Positions 48,601-63,025 are shown, counted from the first letter of the stretch. The stretch is 64,000 bases of DNA from Cyanophora paradoxa CCMP329 (GCA_004431415.1 QPMI01000495.1:186001-250000); one strand, 5' to 3'. Translations and numbers: made by a program. The notes: generated from the letters alone by a model not told the origin.

Positions 48601-51600
48601 ATCCGACGCCTGTGGGCCCGGACGGCCCCTTGGACCGGAGAGTAACAACTCGAGCCGAGGAGACGTTCAATGCAATCATCATGGAAGCGCTCGCTTGGTG
48701 GCCCAAGAGCCAGCTCGCCTGCAAGCATGGCTATGCCAATGTTTACGACCGCTTCATCAACCTTAACATGGAGCCGTTCGACGTACGTGCGTACAGAGTC
48801 CACGCCAACACAGAATGGTCCAGCACGCGACCCAACCAGCGGTTCAACTACGGGACCCTACGCACGGCAACTCGAACTCCAACCAGGACCGGGACACGCG
48901 CAGCGCACCCCCGACACCGGCTCACGGCCCATTGGTCAGCCTCACGACGCAACCACAGCAGCACTGGCCTGAGGAAGCTCGCAATCCCCCGCGGCTGTTG
49001 AAGCCAACGACGGTCATCTCGTACCAGTCTCACGAGGCCGGAGTGGTAGACAGCCGTGGCTGCACCATTCCTTACTTCGGCATCGGCGAGCACGGATCCG
49101 CCTACGAGTATTTCAATCCAATCCGAGTCACAGCCATCTTGCGCCGAATTTACGACCCGGACGAGCAGCGGAAGTATAAGGAAGCCATGAAGATCATCCC
49201 TGAGTCATATGACTTCATTGCAGCCCAGCTGGAGACCAGTACAACCTGGCCCCCCTCATGGACATACCCGACTGACGACGACAAGCGTAACTTTATCGAT
49301 CTTATGTACGAGCGGGAACGACGCCCGAGCCGAGCGCCTCAACGACCAGCTGGAACCAAACCCCGAACGGCGCCTGGATCCGTGGATCTGACGGCGAGCG
49401 TGAACACGGCGTACGACGCCGATTACGCCTTGGGTGAGGGCAAAGGTCCTTACATGGCGGCGGCGCTTACTGGTTACGCTCGAGCACGGGGACGCGAAGC
49501 GAACAGGACCGCCTCGAGCGCTACGCGGAAATACAAGCCACGACAAGTCCGGGTACAGACCATCGCGAACAAGATGGAAGATACACCACCGACGTCGTCA
49601 TCTGAGACCCCGGAACGGACACCTTCACCCCCGTTCAGGGCGACCTCGGCCGACCCCCAAGCCCCAACTCTGGACGATCCCGGGAGTGGTGTCCTCAGCC
49701 CCAGCGACAGCGTGGCCCTTGGTTATGGCACTACGAATCCCTCCAGTCTCATTACCGTCGCCCCGGCCACGGCCGGCGCGCCGCAAACTGAGACGAATGC
49801 TACCAACGTAACAATCAACCCGAGCCCTGCATCTCCGACCCTTACGACGCCCCTGGAAGCCGCCCCGGCCACGGCTGGCGTGGCTCAACCCGGCGTTATA
49901 GCTTCAGAGCAAGCGACTCCGGACATGACCATAACTGTCAGGGAGCAGACTTTGACACTGCCAACTGACAACGAATCGACCACGACCCCCGCAACTACCG
50001 CCCCGGCCACGGCCGGCGAGGTAGACAGGTCGAACGTTGAGCCCACGGACACGCCCAGCATGACAAACCCCGCCGATCACAGCCCTACGGCAAGGCCGGA
50101 TGACTTCATCGTTGAGTCCGAAAGCCCTCCAGGACCCGACTGGATTGAATGCCCAGGGGATTGCCGTCCCCGACTGTGGGCTCGCCCACACTCGCGCGCG
50201 TGGATATATGCACGTGAATACTGGCGATCCTGGAACGAGGAGGAGCCAACGGCAGAGGAAGATGGCTCGGGACCAATTCACATTTCCCGGACTTACCCTA
50301 CTGTCACTGAGGATCCCCAGCGTTACATCCAAGTCGGCGACATTCCCGTCCCGATTCCGGAACCTGAACCGCCACTTCCAGTCCCGCCGGAGACCGGCGC
50401 AATCGTGAGAACCACACACTTGGGCGAGGTCACTGCTGCAGTTTCACAGCGCCTCGGAGACTGTGGGGTCATACCAAGCACAATGCCCGGCTACGCAGAG
50501 GCAGCGGCTGCGGTCGACAATCCCAACCTGTTTGCAACCTATCGCAAGTACACGCCATGGAATGCAAGTACGGACCCGTCCAAGACCGGCCTCTACCTCA
50601 CAAACATTTCCACGCTGCCTGACGGACTCACGGAGCTGAACCCGGCTAACCGGCACGTCCTCGACAGACTCGTCACGTACGTCGATGTCGAGGAGCAATC
50701 AGCGATTTTGCTCAAACATACCGCCCATCTCCGCGCTGTCGCTTATGCGATCATGAGAATTGCGGGCACAGCCGACACTACGGATAGCTTGGAAGAGACG
50801 CTGCGTCACGCATCTGTCCTCGAGCTGCTGGGCCTTGATGCACAACAAGCAATAACCCTGACGACTTCACGGCAAGGAATATTGCCTTGGCTCTTCGACG
50901 TCATGATCTCGTACGGCCGAAGCATGCGGGCACAATTCCCTACTTACTTCGAACCGCACGGGGACTACTATGCGCCTTTCCCCACTCTCGCCGACGCGCT
51001 GACGGTCCGCATGACGGCACTGGAACGCTTAATCCTCGAGTCGCACCTGCCGCCGCCCTTCGACGACGAATTCGCGCCTTACCCCACGGCGACACCTCCA
51101 GCGCTCGATCGAGACATCGCCCTCGAGATGCGGGTGACAGCCCTGGCCAACGCAATTCACATTGCAGCGGCTGGAGCACGCATCTACTTCCACTCGAAGC
51201 CTCGGGAGTTGGAACGGCATCACTCATGGCGCAGCCCTTGGCTTCGCTGTTCGGATCCGTTCTCGGCAAAGCCAAATAGGCTGCTGTGGCCGACAAGCCC
51301 AGACTTCTACTTCACAATGGGAGTCGAAATGGTGGAGTACATCACGCGCGTGCTCAACCTGCCCTTCGGAGGCCACTTCGCGAATAGCCCCAACAGCTGG
51401 CTGGCTACCGTCGACCGGTACCTTGACCGGACACAGACGCCCCCGGAACAGGGGACCTTGGACGTTCCACGGAAGCCCTTCGAGCTCCACGGTGTATTAC
51501 TCGACGAGTACAAACTAGCGGTGATTGAATGTAACGAGCGACGCCTCGACTACTCCGAAGACCCGCTTTCTCCACTCTGGAGAGGTCTTCAGGCGTTCCG

Positions 51601-54600
51601 GACCGGTGCCGAGAACTCCGGCAACGTGTTCGTGACCCATCTCTCCGCGAGGACAGCCTTAGGGCGTGCCCGCGAGCTCGGCGACGTAGCAGCATTCCGA
51701 CAGGCCCTGCGGCTCCATCTGGACCGTTACCCGGAGAGAGTACATGAGCGCGTCGGTGCTCGTAGCTACCCGAGCAGCTTCGAGCTCAGCCGCGTGGAAC
51801 CGGGACCTGACCTGCAACTGTCACTGGTTGAAGGCTACCCTGAGGGCCCGTACACCATCCGTATTCAACATCAGGAGGCGGTACTCCTCTCCAACCCCAC
51901 GTTGTGGCACGCCACTGTTCTCGACGCATTGTATTGGGCGTTGAAGCGTAAATACAACGGGGACAAATGGACGGATGCGGAGGATTGGCAGGCTCAGTGC
52001 CTGGCATACGGAATGACAAACCGCCTTCGACTGATCGACTCCCAGCCGAACACCCTAGTCCGGCTCTCCCTCGTCCGGGCGATCATGTTCGGGGCCGACA
52101 AGATTCTCGGAATTTTCCAGTACTGGAACAAGTCGAAGGAGAACCTACTTGCGGATCTTACACCCTGCGTACCGAACGATTACGTGAATCCAAGCACGGC
52201 AACCATCGACATTATGCAGGCGTACAACGTCCCATTTCCCCCGATACGTCAGAGGATCACGGAGTACGGCCTCAATTGGGACACCCGCTTCCTCCTGCGT
52301 TGGGCAGAACTGACCACGCTCCGAATCCACGATTCCATGTTCTTTACGGCCGACGACGAGACCACACTGCGGAGTCACCCCCTCATGTTCTCAGGACGGA
52401 AACGACCGCCCCCGGCACCGGTGCAGCAACCACGTAGCACAACTTCAGGCTCAACTGCTAAACGCGTGGGCCTGAAAAAGGGCCGCAAGACAGTAATATC
52501 GGAAGACGAGGCTGGTGACGATTGGTTTTACGAAACTGTCGACCTCAGCCGGAACGCCCGGGCCATATTCGGTACCCGATATTACTACAAGTTCTTCGGT
52601 GCCGACATCATCGAGAACGGCTACGTTACCGACAAGTTCGAACGCGTCGGATGGTGGGGCGACCCCAGGAACGCATCCACCGCAAGCAATCATACTCAAG
52701 TGCGGGGACTCGACGACAGCGTCGATACTCAGTGGGCATTTGAGGCGGGGCACTCGGGCCTCCAGCACGGGAGGGGACAACACAACGACTTCCGCTTGTT
52801 CACGCTGTCTTACCACAAGGATCTGCCGGCACTCGAACGTCTGGAGGACCCCACTATCCCCGAGGATAGTACGGTGCAACTCTACGACGTGACACGCTCA
52901 GACACGCGCAACGAAGTATACACGATCAACAAACAGCCGCTCGCATTCCGAGGCGTCGAATTCTTTCTCAGTACTCTCAGCTCCGCGATGGCCGAGAACA
53001 TGAGATACACTCCGTGGTCTGCCGTCCTCGTGGCAGAAATGTGCAGTGCCTCGCAACCTCGGTCCTCGTTCACGCGTGACTTGACGGCATTGGAGGAGTA
53101 CGTGAATACGAAGCCTGAATGGGAACACCCACTGGCAGAGAGCCAAATTCAGTACTTCATGCACGGCGACACGAACATGGACAAGTTCATGCGGAAGCTT
53201 CCAGAGTTCAGACCGATCCACGCGCTTAACCAGCTTCGTTGGCGCGGAGCACTACAGGCGCTCGACGGCGTGGTACGCCATCGGGCACGCAATCGTTCCA
53301 ACCCGTACCTGCACGGGGTGCAGACCGTGACAGATGACGGCAATACCCGCAAGAACCGTTGCGAGATCAAGTTTACCACCTTGACAATCGCTCCCGCCAA
53401 TGAGCACAACCCGTTGAATGAGCTCGGTAACTACCTCACAGCGTTCCGAAGCCCACTCGAGCGGCCTCAGGGACATGAAATGGCTCCCCCGCTTGGCAAC
53501 GGCGGACCCCATGCTGGCACGTTCCACGAGTTCAACTCCCCGACGATACTGAGCGACACCCTGGAAGTCTTCGCCAACGGCGGCCCGCGAATTTACACAA
53601 AGACGCGGACCAGGGACACCCAGGCTGTCGTTCACGTGTTCGATGCCAACAACCGTGACACTTGGCTCCAAATCGCCCGTTCGAACAGGCCACAACGGCC
53701 CGCGGACCAGCCTGCATACTTCGACTACAATCGCATACCAATTCTGCTTGAGGAGACGATCCTACCCGGCGGCGTCTGGAAGACCATCGAGAGGCCTACT
53801 AGGCCGACGGAGGGTGCATTCATCCACGTTATCCCCTTCAAGCCGGAAGTACATCACTGGGTCCACCACTTCGCACATCACGTAGCAGCTTCAATCCGTT
53901 TGTACACGGCGTTCCCGTCGAAACAGATGCCAATCCACGACGGCCTGCTGGAGATTCTCGACGAATACGTGACTTCGAATGCGAGCCTACTACACTTCCG
54001 TGTCGACGACGACGGCAACATGACCGTGTCTCAGGAACTGCAAGACTGGTACGCCCGGGATTTTGGCACGGCAACACCACCACCCGGCGCCATGTTTGCA
54101 ACGGCCTTCATGGCACTACTAGTCACGGCGATTACAACGCAACTCGCGGCAGTTGTCCGCCACGGGGCCCTCGGCAATGCCGGGCGCGCCTCCACAACAG
54201 CCAAGGAGACATGGCAACGCTACGAAGATCGCCAGTCGCAGCATGCACACTTTCCCGCTGCCTTCGACCTCCCTGTCAACGTCATCGAGATGTTTGGACA
54301 CGACGGAACCATGGTCGGCAACAGGGGCATGGACAACCTCGGCATGGGCGTGAGCCAATACACGTTCAACAGGAACGAGTTCGAACGGTCCTGGCGTCAT
54401 TACGAACAGCACGTGGGTCCGGAGGTACTCCTACAGTACAATGAGATCCACGCGTCCGAGGAAGATTCGATTCCCGAATTGTTTCTCCTTGACTACGGCG
54501 CAATACTGTTCTCCGACGACCTCGTGGAGCATCGTACGCGCTGGATAACGCTGGCTTACAACGCTTCCGGCACGTCACGGGACGACCGCATCACCATGAC

Positions 54601-56250
54601 AGCTGAACTGGCACCCCCCTTGCGGTACAGCGGAGGTCTCACAGAAGCCGACGGAGCAAATCCTAGCCGTTTCGGGCCCCACCTCTACATCGGTGACGAC
54701 GAGGACGGAGCTCCTCCCGGACCATTTGAGGGCGTCGGGTTGTCCATCAACCCGCTGCGCGGCGCTCTACAAGTCGACCCCCGATACCCGCGGACGTACC
54801 TGTACGACCAGGCGACGGGACGATGGAGCAGCCCAGGCTGGTACGACGGCAGAACGCGGCCGCCGCGAATCCAAGTCTAGCCGGTACGAAGCCGAGGCCG
54901 AAGCGCATGAAGGAGACAGACCTCCCGAACGACGGCGAGAAGGAGCACAAATGGGCCCTGTGGATCACACCGCGAACAATTGACGGTGCTCGGGTCGGCG
55001 GCAAGACGCCCGTCGTGATTGACAGGGGTGACACGGCTCGGGCACTTCGCCTTTGTCGCTTCGACGTCGCACCCGAGTTCAAGCCCCGTCTGCCCCAAAC
55101 AGGAGTTCACCGCGTTCGCTTCCGGCGCGTCGCCCGAACACCACCGGTAGCGGGCAGCGACAGCGACACCACAAGCACGACTTCTCGAACTTCGGCACTA
55201 GCTCCACGCGGAAGTAAAGGAGCCCTCCCGCCTACCTTCTACTTCCGTGCACACTACCGTGACCTCTCCCAAACGCCTGTGGACACCTCGTACACGGAGT
55301 ACAGCTGGGAACGCTTCGCGGCACACGGTCAGTCTCACGAGTCCATCCCCGTACTCTGGCCAGACCTCTGGGACGAAGACGGAACGAACTTCAGGACTGA
55401 ATACGATTTGTATGACTGGAGCGCATTCCGAACACCGCATCAGCTCAATGCTGACGCCCTCGTGTCATTGGCTGAGGATCTGCGAGCACGGCCGCCTGAC
55501 CTCTCCAACTCGGCGGGAGCCTCCTTGGACGTCGTGCGCACACGCGCCCTGTTCACTCGCATGGCGTTCATCATGAACACTTTGGGGTTCACCGCGTGGG
55601 ACGCGGTCAAACACGCCTCGCTCGTCTCCATCCATCGGGACCGCGCTCGATTTTACTTCAACTCGATCCTGCAGGGCGACACCCGCCTACCTCACCAGTG
55701 GAAGACGCTGGTCAGCTACTTGCGCGAGGGCCTCAGTCGCCACGGCCATCATTACGCGGAATACGACACGCTCGTCGACTTCGATCCCAACCCTGACTCG
55801 GATGAGAGCATCGCTTACATCTGGTTTGGCCGGAAGACCAGCGTACACGCCCAATACCTCACAACATCCCCGAGACGAGGACTCGGATTCAGCCGGCAGG
55901 ACCACAGCACTCGTCCTAGCAGCGGCCCGGTGCCGTCCAACAGCACCCGCCTGATTCCAAACCGACCTCGAACCTTCGCGGCGGTACATGTTTCAACAGA
56001 GCACATGAATCGGTCTCCAAGGTGGAGAAGACTGCCCGCATCCGGGTTGCCCGCCTCCCACCTGACGCCATCTCATCGTCACGACCTTTGACGACGCCAG
56101 TGGAACGGAGCTACCAGACAGCACTTCGTGTCCGCACGGCAAGAATGCTCGGTTGGCTGGGTGACATCGTGTCTCCTAACGACATACCTACAGCCGAGGA
56201 TACGGCAATTGGACGTCGAATCGCTCAGCTGACAAAACCCGACCGGACAA
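45600..56250 (+). CDS. ~3,500-aa uncharacterised polyprotein segment between Gag and protease
   Basis: Overlapping same-strand ORFs 45748-48036, 47955-49001, 48815-54880 (2021 aa), 54823-56091 and 56022-56807, linkable by single frameshifts; no introns; no domain recognised. Confidence 0.75.
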
Positions 56251-59200
56251 TGAAGCAACGGATTGCAGATGGTCGCATCTGCGTGTCGGTGCGACTCGGG
56301 TCCTATGCACCAGGACGGAAAGTCGGACCGTCCGTCAAAACTCTGGCGTTGGTGGATACGGGCGCCGCAGCTGACGTGATTGACGGAGACCTCGCTGCGC
56401 GCATCGAGGGCCTCCGTTACAGCCGCGCGCCGCCAGTACAACTGACCGGATTTGGCGACGACATGACGGCTTACGCTCGCATCGCCTACATGGCGGTCAT
56501 GATTGGTCCCGTACGGTCGGTGAGAGAGGTCCTAGTGGTGGACAAGGGCCTCATGGGGTCTACTCAAATGCTCCTTGGATTGGCGACGCTCATTGCCATG
56601 AACGCTCACATCTCGCTCGACCCGACTAACTGGGGAATGACGATCACGGCACCTGACGCCGACAATGGCGAACGATACCATGTCCCTTTTTGCTTGCGGA
56701 CCAGACCGACGGGGGCGTTCTGGTCCGCCTCGCCCAAGATGTCACCGTCGGCCAGGCGAAGCTCTCGTTCGCTGTTACGTCTCGACGGGCCCTCAAGACG
56801 CGACTGACGATGCGCCGGAGATGCTCCTCACGCCGCCGCCGCACATTGTTGGAGACGACGACGGAGCCGACGACCCCGGTGAAGGAGATGAACCGCGTCA
56901 TCTTGTCCCTCACCAAATACATCGACGTCCTCGAGGAGGAGCTTTCCTCGCTCAGGTCTGCAATCCACAACGCCGACCCGTCCGCTTGAAAGCGGGGACC
57001 GTCATCGCGGAGGCGGAATTCGGCAAGTGGCCCGAGAGCGAGTTCCGACCCCACGACGACGTCCATCGATACCCGACGGGTACTTACAAGACCTGGTCGA
57101 GTGACGAGAAGCGCAAGTTCCCCATCTCTTCCATTGCCGTCCAAATCCTCTCCAATGTGCAACCCGTGATTGTACCTGGGCGATCACAGCCTCGACGTTA
57201 CGTATCCCGAGTGCACGAACAGTACCCCTCTGTTTTTGCACGGCCACCACAACCCCAGACCGAGGACCAAGGCCTAGACCCCGCTCACAGAGCGGCGCCG
57301 ACGCCCCCAGTCCTCACTTCCGAAGCTCAAACCCAACTCTCACGCTTCGTGACTGCGTTCGTCACGCGATACACCCGAGAATCACGCGCGATTCTGACGC
57401 CATCGGAGATCAACGAGTTGTGCAAGATCTTCGAACCCCACTTTGCCGATACCTATCGGCAAGGCAGGCCCCTCCTCAGCCCTGTATGCATCACGTTTGC
57501 CCCGACCACGCCGTCGGCGCAACCGCGTTGCATCACCATCTCCTCCGCTTCACCCGCCGAACCCCACGCAATGGAACCTCCTTCGAGCGCCAACGCCACC
57601 CCCCCACCACAGACGGAGGAGGAGGTCCGACAACTCGTCGACGATCTCATGCAGCCGTCGAAAGACGACAACGATGTGACGGAGGAGGAGCGTGACCAAC
57701 TACGTAGCCTCTTCACACGGATGGCGCACTGCTTCGCGCAGCGCATCAACCCCAAAGAGCTACTGAAGTACCGTCACAGCATCCGACTCCTCCCCGGCGT
57801 ACCTACGAAGCATCTGCCTTTGTACAGCGTGCCCCGGCGCCTCTCTCCCCCTGCTGAGAAGGCGGCCAAAGCCGAAATCGAACGACTGCTGCAAGATGGT
57901 CTGATCGAACCCTCCCAAGCTGGATACGGTTCCCCAGTGGTACTGGCGCCCAAGAAGGACGGGACAATGAGATTTTGCGTCGATTACCGCAAGCTGAATT
58001 CGCTCACGGAGCGCGACGTCTTTCCTCTCCCGAGAATAGACGATCAACTCGAACGCCTGCAAGGCGCGACGTACTTCTCGACGTGTGACGCCACCTCCGG
58101 GTTCTGGCAGCTTGAACTCGACGAAGAATCCAGGCCTCTGACGACGTTTATCGTGCCCTGGGGCATGTACCAATGGCGAGTTACCCCGTTTGGTATTACG
58201 AACGGACCAGCGGCGTTCTGTCGAGCAGTGACATCGATCTTGGGCAATCTGCTGTCGACAAGCGTTGTCGCTTACGTTGATGACCTCACGGTCCACTCCC
58301 CGACGGCCTCACAACACCTTGTCGACCTTGAGGCTTTCTTCGCCGCGATCGAGCGAGGAAACCTCAAGCTCAAACCGTCCAAATGCCGTTTCATGGTGAA
58401 AGAGATCGACCTACTCGGACACCGTGTCAGCCGCAACGGCGTGAAGATGGACAAGACCAAGATGGCCCTCATCGAGAAGACCCAGGAAAAAGATCTCGGA
58501 ACTGTCGAGTCCATTCGCAGCTTCATCGGCATGACTGGATTCTACAGACGGTTCATTCGCAACTACGCGAAGCGGGAACTGCCCCTACGCGACCTAGTCA
58601 CGCGAGCAACACGAGCTGACTCGCTGACGGTCACCTGGGACGATGACGCTCGACGGGCGCTGGACGACCTCAAGGCCGCCATCATGGAGGATGTCGCACT
58701 ACTCTTACCCGACTTTGCCAAACCATTCGTCATCCACACGGACTGGAGCAAGCGCGCCATGGGGCGGTCCTCATGCAGGCTGACGACTGCGGACGAGAGC
58801 GTCCCATCGCTTTCATCAGCAGGACCCTGACTGCGACGGAGCGCAAGTTTCAAAGTCCGACGGAAGGGGAATGCATCGCGTACTCTGGGCGGTGAAAGTG
58901 TGGAGCCATTACTTCGAGTGCGGGCACCCATTTACAGTCCGGACCGATCACTCGGCACTCCAATGGTTGAAGTCACAGGACGTGACGAACAACAAGGCGC
59001 TCTGTCGAGCGGCGCTGGACTTCAGGGCTACAACTACACCATCGAGTACCGCGCGGGGCGCACCAACGTTGTTGCAGACTTCGAGTCGCGTCTGGAACCG
59101 TCACACGACCTCTTCCTCCCAGGAGCGGGTGACGGCTCAGACCTCACGACTGACATCCCCGACGGAGCTCGAGGATTCGGTGTACCCCGCCGAGGCGATC

Positions 59201-61880
59201 TCGACGACCCAACCCAGCTCTTCGCGGTAGCCCCCACGGACACGCTCGACGGGCCAGCATGGGCGTTGGCGCCGGGAGCGAAGCGGCGTCGCCAAGCGCC
59301 CCCTGTAGACGAGCATCGACCCGTTGGCCAACGGCTCGGTCCCTCCTCTACAGCACCCCAGCCGCCGACGTCACCCCCCAGTTCGCGACGGCGAATTCGG
59401 CCGACGGCGACAGTGACACCGGTGACGAGGACGAGAGTGCACAGCCCCTCCGCCCCGACGCACTCGCACTGAGCCTTCGCTACCACCCCACGCGGACGGA
59501 GCTCAGTCTCAGGGACAAGAGGGCTGCCCAGCCCCGTGCCCCCTTTCCCGAAGCGACCACGTGGACGCCCGCGGAAACTCCCCCCTCCTCCCCCTCTAAA
59601 CGACTCGTACTTGCGAGCTTTGGAATCCGAACGAGATCGGAAACGCCTCCAGGCGCAAGCTGGCCTTCTACCTCGTCCGTCGGCAACGGAATCCCGCTCC
59701 ACCTCCGCGCGACCCGCTCACCGAGCGGCTTGCACGTGGTGAGCGAGACAAGGCGAAGACGACAACCAAGCAGCAACGCCGCGAGTCAGAGGAGCAGTAC
59801 AAGCAGGCCCTCGATAACCGCCGCGAGCAGCTGTCAGACCAGGCCAAGAGTCGTCACGATGCCAACCGCCGCTCGTGCAACCGACCGGAACCGCCGACCA
59901 AGTCGACGCGACGCGAAGCGAGGAACGCCGACTGGAAGCGTGGAAGCAGTCAGCAGACACCCCTCAGCGGGCCGCAGACCTGCCCCCTCGCCTCCCAGGG
60001 AGGAGATCTCGATCCTCTCGCCACTCCATTGCGCCCCCCGCCGTTCTCGACGTCGCCGACGAAGCTGAGTACGAGGCGTACTTACAGCAGCAACGCGACT
60101 CTGGAATTCCTCAGCCTACTCCGATGAGCACCGACGCTGTCGCGCCGCTGGACAAGTCTCCTATTGGCCTGCCGGAGGAGACCGCAACAAGCCCGCAGTC
60201 ATCCATCTACCTGACGACGTGGTGGTGGAAGATACGTGGCTGCAGGGACCCCGACCACTGGTCGACGTCCCCGTACCACCGTCTGTCGCCAAACTCGCTG
60301 TCGACGGCGCCGCCGTCGTTGCAGCACAGGCGGAGGACCCGCTCTGTCAACTGCTGCGAGCCTTCATCTGCAAGGGCGAGAACAACGCCATGTGCCTTCG
60401 GCACCGGCGAGCGGCGACGGTAGAAACAGAGATTGTGCAGCAATGCATTCACTGCGAGTCTGCGAGACGACGGTTCGCTCGTGAAGCCGAGGGCTACACG
60501 ATCGATGAGGAGGGCACTGTCCTTCGGCTACCATTCCTGCCTACCATGCGAGCTCAAATCCTCGTTCCCCGTCGTGGCGACGCACCTTCCTCGAGGTGTA
60601 TCACGACGGGTGGCACACCGCGGCGCTCCCATTGTGGCGCGGCGTATCGCGTCTCGTTTCTGGTGGCCGGGGATGACGAACGCTGTTCACCGCTTCGTGA
60701 AAACGTGCCGACACTGCCAGTTCGCGAAGGCGCAACGCCGCCCGAGAGTCCAACACATGGTGCTGGAATCCGCGCATCCTGGGGACTTGAGGCAGGTCGA
60801 CCTGTTCCCCATGGAACCTCACAGGCGCGGGGTCCACCTCTTCACCGGCGTGATAGTCGACGTCGACGCCTTCACCAAGTTCCCGGAGATTATCATGTAC
60901 ACCGCGGCTGACGGCCAGGCCCTGGAGATGGCGGCACAGATCATCTTCGCGCTAACGGTGCTCCAAGCGTTACCTCTCTGACAACGGGACGGTCCTCGAC
61001 GAAGTCTCTTTGGGGAACCTTCTGGCGAGCCAAGGGTACGCGCATGATCTACACTGGGATCAACCACCAATCTACCAACGTGGCGCTGAGCGTCTGGGCG
61101 GCATCTACAAGCGATTGGTGTACGCGATGTGCGACGAGAACCACGAGCCTCGCGCTCACTGGCCCTTCATCATTACAAAGTTCTCTTTGCCTGAGGACAA
61201 CAATCCATGCGGCGACTGGGTTCTCGCCGGCAGTCTTACACTACGGGCGCGAACTGCTCTACCCGATGAGCTTCGACTCGATCTGGTACTGCGGGAACCA
61301 AACGAAGAGTCGATCTCTCTGTACGAGTACGCGCTGTCGCGGCGAGGGCCGCTAAGGATCGGATCACTGCGGTGGCCGAGCACCGGCGTCTTTACAACGA
61401 GAAGTTGCTCCGTTACGGGACTGGCCGCGAGCCTACCTATGTCTTCCAGCCTGGCGACAAGGTGTTGGTGTGGATTATCACTGCCAAGACTAGCGCGCGA
61501 ATCAAGGGGCCGAGGAATGGCTGGACGGGTCCCTACGTGGTGCAGGAGATCCATTCCCGAGGCCTTCTGTACACTGTACGCGGGAGCCATCGTCGAACAT
61601 GCATCGATCCCAGTCGATCCTTGTTCACGTTGACCTCATGATCCCCTTTACGATCGGCCGCCGACGTGGCAGAGCCTCGACGTCAGGGCCGACCGCCTCG
61701 AGCCGCTCCCCCTCCGCCGCGAGCGATCCCGACGCCATTGATGGAGCTGTACCCCTTGACGACGAGGTCGAAGAGGACGAGGTCGTGGTACCCCCGAACC
61801 TGTCGGCGAGGCCGTCGTTGTAGATGACTGTGATGTTGACTCTGAGGATGGAGATGCTGACGCCACCTCGGCGTGAGTCG
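56250..61880 (+). CDS. pol: Gypsy Pol: aspartic protease, RT, RNase H, integrase (several frameshifts)
   Basis: ALVDTGA (~56355); PKKDGTMRFCVDYRKLN, DATSGFWQ, PFGITNGPA, YVDD (~58273); FVIHTDWS, FTVRTDHSALQWL; WWPGM..CRHC, QVDL, LSDNG, GGAER, TGFSPA, WTGPY. Confidence 0.93.
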
Positions 61881-62260
61881 ATTGCCACACGTGACGCGGC
61901 ACGGCTGCCTCACGCTGATCAGTCGACGTTAACGTTGGATCCTTTCTGAGCGATGACAAATTGGATGGTGATTTGCCCCCGTCTCTGAGGCGGTGCACCC
62001 TGCACGCGCGCTCCCCTGGAATGTGTGGCCCCTGGGTTTCCCTGCTACCATTCTGAGACGAGGCGAGTACCGGATCATGCCGACCGATGTCGCGGGCCGA
62101 GGGCCATTGCTCGCGCTAAACTAAAACTTTTCCTTTGCGCAGCGAGCGGCTGGGTAGCGGCTGTACACCGCTGCTTGGTTTGCTCTGTCAAGGCTGCAGC
62201 GGGCCTCGGGCCCGTAAGTCTGTCGGACGGCCGCCTGGTGTGGCCGCGAGGACGCGACCT

Positions 62261-62274
62261 AGGGACAAGAGGGC
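62261..62274 (+). other. Polypurine tract
   Basis: AGGGACAAGAGGGC immediately before the 3' LTR. Confidence 0.8.
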
Positions 62275-62579
62275 TGTTGCCACTGTAGTTTAGCTTGCAT
62301 TCAGGCCTTCGAGCCACTCTGTAGTATAGTGCTAGTGCGCGGGCTGAGGCTGTAGCACTTCTCAATAGCTCATAGACTTGCCGGTACCTCCGCAGTACCT
62401 AGGACTCCTCCGCGTTGCCGGTTCGTAGACAGATTCTGTACCCCCCCTACGTTGTTCGATACCCCTCAGTCCTGTAAGAAGCCCAGCTGCGACCCGTTCG
62501 TGCTACGCCTGCGCGCCTGCTGCCTAGCATGGGGCTGGGATCACATTGGGACACTAACTAAGCCTATTGAACATATTCA
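62275..62579 (+). repeat. 3' LTR
   Basis: TGTTGCC...GAACATATTCA followed by the TSD TACAT. Confidence 0.95.
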
Positions 62580-63025
62580 TACATGTCGCAGCTCTGCCCT
62601 TGTGGCATCTGCATGTCTTGTTTTTTGCTTTGAAAATCGCTATGGCGTGCACTTACATCGACATTATTGATTGCAAATTGTCAGGACAGCTCTGCCTCGC
62701 GTGGCATTGTTGCTGTATTTCTTTCAGTGCACGGCACTAGTGCATACTCCTCGCCGGAGATGGAGATTCGGTCGCCATTTTCTTTCCCTTGCGCAGTTCA
62801 AGCATCTGGAGTTCAGGCACGCCTCCCCCATAAATCGCTCGTGCACTGACTGGCGACCGAACGCATCGATGGCATTATACATACGCATTTTACATATATG
62901 TGTGCTTCTGTGTGCCGTTAGAGCCTTGCACTCGTCTGCAGGCTCTCGGCCTTCGCTCTTTTGCTCTTCATGGCAATTGTACAAGTAGTACCTCAATTGC
63001 AATATACGAAATGAGCGCTGTCCGA

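Larger units (their letters stand above)
42055..62579 (+). mobile_element. Giant (20.5 kb) Ty3/Gypsy LTR retrotransposon
   Basis: ~300-bp LTRs (TG...CA); 5-bp TSD TACAT (42050-42054 and 62580-62584); polypurine tract (PPT); domain order Gag-PR-RT-RH-IN. Confidence 0.95.
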
